64,000 nucleotides of DNA from a virus. The notes under the pieces are model-generated. The model did not search any database. It had not been told where the DNA came from and was given only the letters and a program-made list of their open reading frames with translations. Made by a program: the position numbers and the translations under genes. This document shows positions 56,770 through 64,000 of this stretch, piece after piece (within the stretch, counting starts at the first letter, position 1; the number at the start of each line of letters is the position of its first letter). The stretch lies in IMG/VR virus record IMGVR_UViG_3300008448_011290; one strand, 5' to 3'.

Positions 56770-57082
56770 CTGTTTCAATTATGCCAATTTCAATATTAAT
56801 GGGACTGGGATGATATTCCTGTCTGATATGTTCCCAATAGCTGGTTGGTTTCACTGATTTGTTATGCTCGTATAGGTGTAGCAGTTGTACCAGGGCTTTT
56901 CTCACTTTTTCAGCTCCACCATGTTTCTTGCAGGTGTCAGATCGACCCACGTGTACTACTTTATTATCAATGCGTATTTTATACACACAGGGCAGTTTGA
57001 CGAACTCGCTTTTCTTCTTATGAGTGATTTGTAGATTGTCGAAATTATAGAATTTTTCTAAGCTATGCCATTTCGTCTTCAT
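56723..57082 (-). CDS. GIY-YIG-like small protein
   Basis: CVYKI......VHVGRS; preceded by TTGATT-N17-TAATAT. Confidence 0.45.
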   Translation of the reverse strand: MKTKWHSLEKFYNFDNLQITHKKKSEFVKLPCVYKIRIDNKVVHVGRSDTCKKHGGAEKVRKALVQLLHLYEHNKSVKPTSYWEHIRQEYHPSPINIEIGIIETDDIENVYSKESKRTH

Positions 57083-57125
57083 GACACTATATTAGCATGA
57101 GCCCACTCTATAATCAATATCTAAA

Positions 57126-57656
57126 TTAAAAAGATTTTAAATTTAGCGTGCGGTAATATCTTTGAACTTTTTTTGCTTGGTAATCACAATCAGCGAGTGC
57201 ATTGTGAGCATCGGGCTTGCTGGTTTCGTTTTCTTTGTATAAACTAAAAAGTGTCCTGCTGTCTCTGATCTGCCAGTAGTTCCATGGACAGGGTTGGTTC
57301 AGCTGTGCATACAGGTTCTGTAGTATGGCATAATCAAACAGTGGTCCTTGACACCAGAATATATCTATGCCCACACACCATCGGTTTAATCGTTGTGTAA
57401 ATTCCGCCAGTGATATTCTATCCTTTTCTCCCAGTGCATCTTCTGCTATTTCTTTGGGTTGTGTGGCCCACCAGTTTAGAGTATCATCCATCACATGACG
57501 ACCCAGAGCAGTTTGCGAATCCACATCCACTCGAAAATATAAGGGATCATGTGGCTGCTGATCTGTATAAGGATCAAATTTAATGCCACCCAATGTTAGA
57601 ACCACAGCATCAGGACGAGTGCTGAGAGTTTCCAGATCTATCATACCGTGAATCAT
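57126..57656 (-). CDS. DEDDh 3'-5' exonuclease (RNase AS/phage exo VIII-like)
   Basis: MIDLETL, FDYAIL, RDSRT, HNALAD. Confidence 0.88.
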   Translation of the reverse strand: MIHGMIDLETLSTRPDAVVLTLGGIKFDPYTDQQPHDPLYFRVDVDSQTALGRHVMDDTLNWWATQPKEIAEDALGEKDRISLAEFTQRLNRWCVGIDIFWCQGPLFDYAILQNLYAQLNQPCPWNYWQIRDSRTLFSLYKENETSKPDAHNALADCDYQAKKVQRYYRTLNLKSF

Positions 57657-57661
57657 ACCGT

Positions 57662-57689
57662 ATTATAACACGATACAGATCTTTGTCAA
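57662..57689 (-). promoter_or_regulatory. Consensus sigma70 promoter TTGACA-N16-TATAAT, leaderless
   Basis: 5 nt to ATG 57656. Confidence 0.75.
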
Positions 57690-57941
57690 TTATATGTCTT
57701 GATTGTGTTGGTCTTGGAATTCTTGCTGTTCTTTTAATAAACGATTGGTTATGTCCACAACTTCTTGCTCATCAAAACAGTAGGTGCTGCCAGAACTTTC
57801 TGGTAAATTTTTTCTTATTTTTTCCACTGCTGTTTCGGAAAACTTGCGACATTCTTCTCTGGATGTGAACTCAGGTTCTGTGGTAAGGAAGTTCTCACAC
57901 AATCCATTCATGCAAAGTACAATAACTAGAAAGTATTTCAT
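57690..57941 (-). CDS. Small secreted Cys-containing protein
   Basis: Hydrophobic N-terminus, four Cys. Confidence 0.55.
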   Translation of the reverse strand: MKYFLVIVLCMNGLCENFLTTEPEFTSREECRKFSETAVEKIRKNLPESSGSTYCFDEQEVVDITNRLLKEQQEFQDQHNQDI

Positions 57942-57983
57942 ACAAATACTTACGTAGGATTGATCGTTAATAATATACTGTTA

Positions 57984-58259
57984 TTAGTTCTTGTGTTCGG
58001 AATTGCGATTTTTCTTTTTTTCCAACTCTTCCTGATGTTCCAGGATTACATTCAATTTGGTGTTCAATCGAATCAAGTCATTATCCAACATTCTTATTCT
58101 GTCCACCAGTGCAATCAGAGTTTTGCTGGTTTCACTCATTACAGGTTTGATCTCTGTAGTTACCCATTTCCATACGAAATAGATCAATCCTCCCATACCA
58201 AATGCGGCAATGATAGGAAATCCATATTGATTAATCATTGTTGCTATGTCTTTGCCCAT
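57984..58259 (-). CDS. Membrane/coiled-coil protein (GFPI motif)
   Basis: YGFPIIAA-TM...LVDRIRMLDNDLIR. Confidence 0.7.
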   Translation of the reverse strand: MGKDIATMINQYGFPIIAAFGMGGLIYFVWKWVTTEIKPVMSETSKTLIALVDRIRMLDNDLIRLNTKLNVILEHQEELEKKKNRNSEHKN

Positions 58260-58261
58260 AA

Positions 58262-58540
58262 TTAATCCTTTCTAGCATCAGTCTTGCCGTCGGCACGACC
58301 AATTCTTTCCACATCAGGTTTGATTCCTAGGGTGGAACTCACCAGAGTGTCAATTCGTATCACATCAGCATTCATGGTTTTAACTCGATTGTCCAGAGCT
58401 TCAATAATGCCGCTGAGTTTCTTTACATCAGAAGTTACCGAAGCCAAGATAAATTTAAGAGTGAGGAATATGAAGAATCCACAAGCCACGGCTGCTGCTA
58501 TTGGGAAACCCACATCTATTGCTAGTTTAAGAAAGTCCAT
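58262..58540 (-). CDS. Membrane/coiled-coil protein (GFPI motif), paralogue of its neighbour
   Basis: VGFPIAAA-TM...LDNRVKTMNADVIR; TATAAATA at 58551-58558. Confidence 0.7.
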   Translation of the reverse strand: MDFLKLAIDVGFPIAAAVACGFFIFLTLKFILASVTSDVKKLSGIIEALDNRVKTMNADVIRIDTLVSSTLGIKPDVERIGRADGKTDARKD

Positions 58541-58562
58541 AATCTAGCAGTATTTATAGATT

Positions 58563-59018
58563 TTAAGAGACTACTTGCAATACTCTACGAGCACGTCTTT
58601 TACGCATAGGTACCACAGCGCCAGTTAAAGGTATTTCTTTAAGATCGTTCTCACGATCTAAGAATTTGTAGTCCATTTTGATCACACCAAAACGACGCAG
58701 TGACTCAAACACCACATCAGTGTCCAATGCTCCACAAGTGTACACGTCCAATTGTATCATGGCAGGCTCGCACTCATCCCAAGTGTGCATCACCACGTGT
58801 GACGTTTCAATGATAGCAAAACAAGTTAATCCACGATTGCCTGGAATATCCACATACTTGGCTTCTGGGCCAAACAGTATTTTCATGTTGATACCTTCAA
58901 TCAGTTCTCGTAAAAATTCTTTTGCTAGTGTTTCGTCTTTGGGTGGGTTTGTTACTTCTGCTCGCACTATCAAGTGCTTGTGAACAAGTGGTTTCATTTT
59001 CTGTTTGTCTCCTGACAT
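58563..59018 (-). CDS. speD: S-adenosylmethionine decarboxylase family (pyruvoyl) proenzyme
   Basis: GLT....IETSH...HTW.E.....LDVYTCG. Confidence 0.85.
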   Translation of the reverse strand: MSGDKQKMKPLVHKHLIVRAEVTNPPKDETLAKEFLRELIEGINMKILFGPEAKYVDIPGNRGLTCFAIIETSHVVMHTWDECEPAMIQLDVYTCGALDTDVVFESLRRFGVIKMDYKFLDRENDLKEIPLTGAVVPMRKRRARRVLQVVS

Positions 59019-59104
59019 TGTTTTTATACAGGCTATTTAACAATATTTTTTAAAATCTGTCAATTATAATCTTTTTTTTTATGAAACTTTTTTTGTGAAA
59101 AAAA

Positions 59105-61105
59105 TTATTTTGAAGTGGCTTTGTAAGTGCCTGACCAGTCAGCAGGAACACCTTCTTGTAGACGCTCAGTCATCATGAAATAATATTTTTTTAGTTCAGG
59201 AGCATTATTTTTTAAATTCTCCAGCAAAATAAGAGCATTTTTCCACTCTCCTGAATAATAAAATTTTAAAAATTGTTTGTGTTCTTCTGTTTCACAACCT
59301 AAGGTATATATTTTTACACCTTCTTGTTTGCCTTTAACAGCAATACAATCCAGTTCTATCACAGCATACTCATCTCGAACCAGCTCGACTGTGCGTGATC
59401 CCAACACCAATTCCACTCCATAGGGCTTGCTCTGTCCTTCCAGACGTGAAGCAAGGTTCACTGAGTCACCTAAACAGGTATAATCAAAACGCTGATCTGA
59501 TCCCATATTGCCCACAACCACTGATCCTGTATTAATGCCCAATCCCATGCCAAATGCTGGCACGCCTTCACGAGCAATTTCTTCGTTAAATTGTTTTAAA
59601 TTGTCCAACATTTCCACTGCCGTGCGTACTGCGTTCTTGGCATGATTGACGTCATCCAGCGGAGCGTTCCAAAAAGCCATTTGAGCATCTCCAATATACT
59701 TGTCCAGTGTACCATTATTTCTTAATATGCTGGCAGTCATAGCAGTCATGTAGCGATTCATTATACCGGTAAGTCCTTGTACATTGCTGCCATAGTGTTC
59801 AGATATAGCAGTGAATCCCCTCACGTCAGTAAACATAATAGAAAGTTCTCGAGTTTCACCTCCCAAACGTAACAATTCTGGATTCTTCTGTAATCGTTCT
59901 ACCATGGCAGGAGATAGATAGGTACCGAACTGTTTCTTGATTCTCTGTTTCTGTAGATACTCACTGACAAATTTAACGCTATAAGCATGTAGCATTATTA
60001 GTATCAATCCTGCCACTAGTAGAGTGCCATCCAACAACCAAAGGTGATGTGTGTAAAAATAATTGCTGATTGGGACCACAGCGACGATAGCAACGGCTCC
60101 TGCTGCCATACCCACATAAACCCATCTGCTCAAAAATAACAAACCTAAAGATAACGCTATTAAACTTATAACTTCTGCACCTTCAGCCCAATCAGGTCTC
60201 TTGATATTAACCTTATTGATCATGGTACCTATCACGGCTGCCTGTAGATCCTGTGGCCAAACTGGTCCTATGGCTGTGGCCACTGGATTACCTATGCCTG
60301 CTGCTGATGTACCCACTATCACTATTGCGCCTTTAAAATCTTGGGGTAGATTGCTCAGTGATACTGATTGATTTTTTTGACTCCAATCAATCCATACTCT
60401 GCCCAGTGAATCTGTGTCAATGATGCCTATGTCTCCAGGCAGTCGCATCTTCTCCACACCATTGGCATTTAACTTTACTTGAAACGTAGAATTATTTGTG
60501 GCCACTCTTAGAGTTTCCATAGCAAGGTTAGGATACAGTTTGCCATCCACTGTGACTATTAGAGGTAGTCTTCGGTTCACACCATCTATCTCTGGCAGTG
60601 TGTTTGTAGTTCCCACTCCTACAGCAGCGTTTTCCAATGACGGTATATTAGCAATCAGGCCTGGATATCTCACGATAGTATTGAGATGTTCTGGTCCCAG
60701 CACTGCTGATCCTGGCACTCGGGGTTCATTCTTGGTCTGCTGTGCTGGCACGTTGCTCAACACCACAGGATAATTTCTCATGGTTTCTGCCAGCACAGCA
60801 TCCTTGCCACTGCGATCTGATTCTGGCATCAGCACGTTGAACACTACCAGGCCTGCTTTGCGTTCATATAAATCTTTGATTATGCCTGCATACACATCTC
60901 TAGGAAATGGCCATTGCCCATACTGCTCCAAACTCTTCTCGTCAATATTAACGGTGAAAATGCTGTTTTGTGTGGCGGTTTTGCCAGTAATCAGTGTATC
61001 AAAATATCGCAGTCGCACACTCTCTACGAACTTGGGATCTGCGATCCTAATCGTGAGAATTAATATTAAAGTAATGATTGCTGTCCAAGGACTGACCCAT
61101 TTCAT
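59105..61105 (-). CDS. CHASE2-domain class III adenylate/guanylate cyclase
   Basis: IDE.SL...GQWPFPR (CHASE2), three TM helices, FTDVRGFT, DKYIGDA, GINTG, YTCLGDSVNLASRLE. Confidence 0.93.
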   Translation of the reverse strand: MKWVSPWTAIITLILILTIRIADPKFVESVRLRYFDTLITGKTATQNSIFTVNIDEKSLEQYGQWPFPRDVYAGIIKDLYERKAGLVVFNVLMPESDRSGKDAVLAETMRNYPVVLSNVPAQQTKNEPRVPGSAVLGPEHLNTIVRYPGLIANIPSLENAAVGVGTTNTLPEIDGVNRRLPLIVTVDGKLYPNLAMETLRVATNNSTFQVKLNANGVEKMRLPGDIGIIDTDSLGRVWIDWSQKNQSVSLSNLPQDFKGAIVIVGTSAAGIGNPVATAIGPVWPQDLQAAVIGTMINKVNIKRPDWAEGAEVISLIALSLGLLFLSRWVYVGMAAGAVAIVAVVPISNYFYTHHLWLLDGTLLVAGLILIMLHAYSVKFVSEYLQKQRIKKQFGTYLSPAMVERLQKNPELLRLGGETRELSIMFTDVRGFTAISEHYGSNVQGLTGIMNRYMTAMTASILRNNGTLDKYIGDAQMAFWNAPLDDVNHAKNAVRTAVEMLDNLKQFNEEIAREGVPAFGMGLGINTGSVVVGNMGSDQRFDYTCLGDSVNLASRLEGQSKPYGVELVLGSRTVELVRDEYAVIELDCIAVKGKQEGVKIYTLGCETEEHKQFLKFYYSGEWKNALILLENLKNNAPELKKYYFMMTERLQEGVPADWSGTYKATSK

Positions 61106-61192
61106 AATATGGGTATTTATTATCTTTGATTTGCTATTGCCACGCATAATATATGAATAGCAATAGTCAAAATCAAGAATTATTGTAATAAA

Positions 61193-62104
61193 TTATTTGC
61201 CACCCCAAACTGTGCCTGCTGGATTGGCCACAGGATTGCCCACAGAGTTGCCATATTCTGTCCATGAACCATCATAATTTCTCACTTCATAACCCAGTAT
61301 CTTTTTAAGAGCGAACCAAGTATGACTAGAACGTTCTCCTATTCTGCAATATGTAATAATTGGTTTTTTTCCATCTATACCAACTGCAGCATAAACTTTT
61401 CTAAGTTCTTCTCGAGATTTAAAAGTTCCATCTTCAGCAACAGCTTGTCCCCATGGAACATTCACTGCGCCTGGAATATGACCAGCTCTAATTGCAGTTT
61501 CCTGAACGCCAGCTGGAGCAAAAATCTTTCCAGTAAATTCATCTGGTGATCTAATGTCCACTAACGCTGTATCAGATTTTTTATTAGCAACAGCAACAAC
61601 GTCTGGCAGTCGAGCTCTCAGATCATTGTCAGCATTGGACAATGTGATGTTGCCTGTTTTGGCTGCAGTAGCTATTGGAGTCAATGGTCTCTTTTCTGCT
61701 TCCCATTTCTTTCTGCCACCATCCAGCAATTTAACATTTTTTACTCCATAAACATCAAACACCCAAGCGCCCCATGCAGCAAACCAGTTGTTGCTATCTC
61801 CATAGATAACAATAGTGCTGTCGCTGTTGATACCTAAGGTTTGTAATGTTTTTTGTAAATTTTCTTTGCTGGCGATATCTCTTTTTACAGGATCCACTAG
61901 ATCAGTGTGCCATTTGATATTCACAGCACCTGGAATGTGACCTCTTTCATATACTCCAGTATCAACACTCACTTCAATTAATCGAAGTTTAGGATTGTTG
62001 AGATTTTTTTCCAACCAATCAGTATTCACTAAGAATTCACTGGAGTGTGCCACTGAAGCAATGGAAAATATTCCAATCAAAATTAATTTTTTAATCAAGT
62101 TCAT
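61193..62104 (-). CDS. Tandem-domain rhodanese/sulfurtransferase with signal peptide
   Basis: GHIPGA twice, active-site CRIGERS, YDGSWTEYG; start at MNLIKK after AGGAG. Confidence 0.9.
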   Translation of the reverse strand: MNLIKKLILIGIFSIASVAHSSEFLVNTDWLEKNLNNPKLRLIEVSVDTGVYERGHIPGAVNIKWHTDLVDPVKRDIASKENLQKTLQTLGINSDSTIVIYGDSNNWFAAWGAWVFDVYGVKNVKLLDGGRKKWEAEKRPLTPIATAAKTGNITLSNADNDLRARLPDVVAVANKKSDTALVDIRSPDEFTGKIFAPAGVQETAIRAGHIPGAVNVPWGQAVAEDGTFKSREELRKVYAAVGIDGKKPIITYCRIGERSSHTWFALKKILGYEVRNYDGSWTEYGNSVGNPVANPAGTVWGGK

Positions 62105-62259
62105 TGTGTTCTCCTTTGTTAATAATGTTAATTTAGTATTAAATACTACGAAAGTCAATAGTCGTAAAATAAAAAAGTGAAAAGTCAGACACTTTCATTA
62201 AAAAATAAAATATTTTTTTGTGTTTAAACGAAAAGTTAAAATTTAATTTTGTCTAATTT

Positions 62260-63678
62260 TTAATTGCCTTGGTTCACAGTGGTAGTGCCACAACCACCCA
62301 TTGTGACACAATTAGTAGTGATATTATAAGTTTGACCACCTGTCTGTGTGAGATTCACACCTGCTGGACCACCCAAATTGTTGATCACTATGGTGGCTTT
62401 GTTTTGAGTATTACCTGACTGATTCACTGTGGCACTATTACCATTGCCATTCAGTGTGATATCCAGATAGTGATTAGCACCTGTGCCTGACTGTGTGGTG
62501 TTCACTGTGTTGTTGTTGCCCGTGATAGAATTGAATAATAATTTGTTATCTCCAGATTGTGTGCTGGTGATAGAATTAAAATTGCCACTCACAGAGTGTT
62601 CCATGTAATTGCCCACTGTGCCCACATCGCGATTCTGTTGCGTGGTCACTGTGTTGTAACTGCCCTGCACATCCACCTTTTGATAGTTGTCTCCCAATTG
62701 ATTACCACTCAGTGTGCCGTCTGACAGATAGCCTTGATTGAGATTGAGAGTGTTGTTGCCCGAACCAGTCACATTTAAATCTACTAAATTTTTACCTGTG
62801 CCACTGTTCTGTCGTATCGTGGTAGAGTTGCTGTCTCCACTGATGGTAGCAGTTTGCTGTGTGGTGCCTGTGATTTTATTGTTATTGCCTTTTTGAGTAA
62901 TTGTGGTGATGTTGTTGCTGCCTATTTGATCTATGTGGATCTCATTGCCATTGTTCTGAGCTGAAATTCTATTTCTATTGGCTGTGATATTGATCTGTTG
63001 TCCACTGGTGATGTTGCTGGTGTAAACACTGCCACCATACCCACCCGCTTGTCCACTAGTAGTACCTCCTGTGGCACTGTAGTAACCACCATTCACCAGA
63101 GCGCCATTATTGATTACACAGGTATTGGTTCCTGAATATAGAGCACAGCTCTGCCAACCATTGGAACTGGACCAGCCATGAGGATAGTTAGTGCCTGTGT
63201 AGATACCAAATTCTGAATTATAAAGTATGTTGCTACCACCATTAAGGGACAGCGATGGATCCTGTATGTAAGGACCATAGTTACCTGCCCAATATCCACC
63301 ATCTTTGCCATAGAACTGCACACTGACATAGGCCACGTTGGCACAACTGCCTCCACAATTGGTGGCAGTGACTGAATAGGTGGATGCTGCGGCTCCCAAC
63401 ACTAGAGTGTATGCTGCCTGTGTGGTATTGATGATTTGATTGCTGCTGTTGTAGAACACCAATTTCATAGTCAATGGATCTCCTGGTGATCTTCCACCAC
63501 CATCTGCTACAGTGGCAGACAGAGTTAGAGTTCCGCCGGACTGCATTGCACTGTTGAATACCACTGTTTGGCTCACAGTCACGAAATTGTAGCCCATCTT
63601 GATAGCATTGCTGACAGCCATGGCTGTGTTGCTAAAGAACAAAAATAATAACAATAAAATTATAAAAATTTTTCTCAT
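62260..63678 (-). CDS. Secreted protein with curlin-like (QxGxxN) repeats
   Basis: Signal peptide; IDQIGSNN, TQKGNNN, VQGSYN, TQSGDN, NQSGN repeats; C-terminal C....GC....VNQ. Confidence 0.7.
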   Translation of the reverse strand: MRKIFIILLLLFLFFSNTAMAVSNAIKMGYNFVTVSQTVVFNSAMQSGGTLTLSATVADGGGRSPGDPLTMKLVFYNSSNQIINTTQAAYTLVLGAAASTYSVTATNCGGSCANVAYVSVQFYGKDGGYWAGNYGPYIQDPSLSLNGGSNILYNSEFGIYTGTNYPHGWSSSNGWQSCALYSGTNTCVINNGALVNGGYYSATGGTTSGQAGGYGGSVYTSNITSGQQINITANRNRISAQNNGNEIHIDQIGSNNITTITQKGNNNKITGTTQQTATISGDSNSTTIRQNSGTGKNLVDLNVTGSGNNTLNLNQGYLSDGTLSGNQLGDNYQKVDVQGSYNTVTTQQNRDVGTVGNYMEHSVSGNFNSITSTQSGDNKLLFNSITGNNNTVNTTQSGTGANHYLDITLNGNGNSATVNQSGNTQNKATIVINNLGGPAGVNLTQTGGQTYNITTNCVTMGGCGTTTVNQGN

Positions 63679-64000
63679 TTCTGTATCACCGTGATTGAGG
63701 TATTGCCACCTGAGTTGACTCTATTTTGAATGCTCACTGGTCCTTGACCCTGTATAATTGTGCTGTTCTGACCGCGAGGAGTTTTGATGCATTGATTGTT
63801 ACTGCCATCATTTTTGCACAGTGTTACGTCAGTGGCTCCCACGCTCGCTTTTACTCCTGTGTTGGGATCATAGTCTGGCAATAGACTGTCTTTATCTTTT
63901 ACTAATGCACTCTTTAACACAGTTTCTCTCTGTGTTTTTAACTGTTGTTCCAATATATCAAAGATGTTGGCCAAGAAATTTTGTCCCAACAGATCTTCCA
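63675..64000 (-). CDS. C-terminal part of a probable secreted protein (possibly FecR-domain), truncated by the window edge
   Basis: Frame open to the window end; ends NSGGNTSITVIQK. The FecR guess rests on context only. Confidence 0.4.
   Translation of the reverse strand, partial: EDLLGQNFLANIFDILEQQLKTQRETVLKSALVKDKDSLLPDYDPNTGVKASVGATDVTLCKNDGSNNQCIKTPRGQNSTIIQGQGPVSIQNRVNSGGNTSITVIQK

Noticed and set aside
56723-57082. Mobile homing endonuclease
   Set aside because: Only 119 aa, degenerate GIY-YIG motif, no DNA-binding tail and no interrupted host gene
708-62180. The many plus-strand ORFs of 60-180 aa in the ORF track
   Set aside because: They are antisense shadows of well-supported minus-strand genes with no motifs; only phoH and 46508..46795 were accepted
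1-64000. Bacterial chromosome origin (clpA, dnaJ, def, galE, purD-like, sufE)
   Set aside because: These genes are interspersed with PolB, clamp and loader, baseplate/fibre and lysis genes and T4-type late promoters; no ribosomal or other core cellular operons are present
1-64000. tRNA/rRNA genes, CRISPR arrays, IS elements, integrase
   Set aside because: Intergenic gaps are nearly all under ~100 nt; I saw no cloverleaf, spaced direct repeats or transposase/integrase motifs by eye (tRNAscan and CRISPR tools not run)
1-64000. Stop-codon reassignment as in some jumbo phages
   Set aside because: Conserved genes are full length in code 11, and TAA, TAG and TGA all terminate genes at sensible positions

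Overview
A 64-kb segment of a large, AT-rich, T4-related (probably jumbo) myophage. Nearly all genes are on the minus strand, tightly packed and in the standard genetic code. Phage markers: family-B DNA polymerase, sliding clamp, clamp loader, DsbA-like protein, PhoH, GH19 endolysin, holin/spanins, an Ig-repeat baseplate protein, three fibres with a gp9/gp10-like N-terminus, and many T4-type TAAATA late promoters. The auxiliary genes (ClpA, DnaJ, GroES, Def, Dps, IscA, SufE, UvsE, SpeD, rhodanese) suggest an aquatic Gram-negative host, perhaps a streamlined proteobacterium (inference only). Highlights: (1) a 7-deazaguanine DNA-modification cluster (DpdA2-like transglycosylase, FolE, HRH-type QueD paralogue/DpdL) interleaved with a GT-B glycosyltransferase, GalE and two Fe(II)/2OG oxygenases, suggesting a possibly glycosylated deazaguanine; (2) a preQ1-I-like H-type pseudoknot directly in front of the RBS of the distant queD, a candidate phage riboswitch; (3) systematic leaderless sigma70-type and late promoters; (4) a cluster of probable capsid-packaged proteins sharing an M[RK]IxE N-terminal tag; (5) a SufE-radical SAM-halogenase-oxygenase-IscA operon; (6) a curlin-repeat/CHASE2 adenylate cyclase module; (7) an autotransporter-like subtilase and a fibre tip with a type-1 copper motif. 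All family calls rest on motif recognition by eye; no database searches were run.
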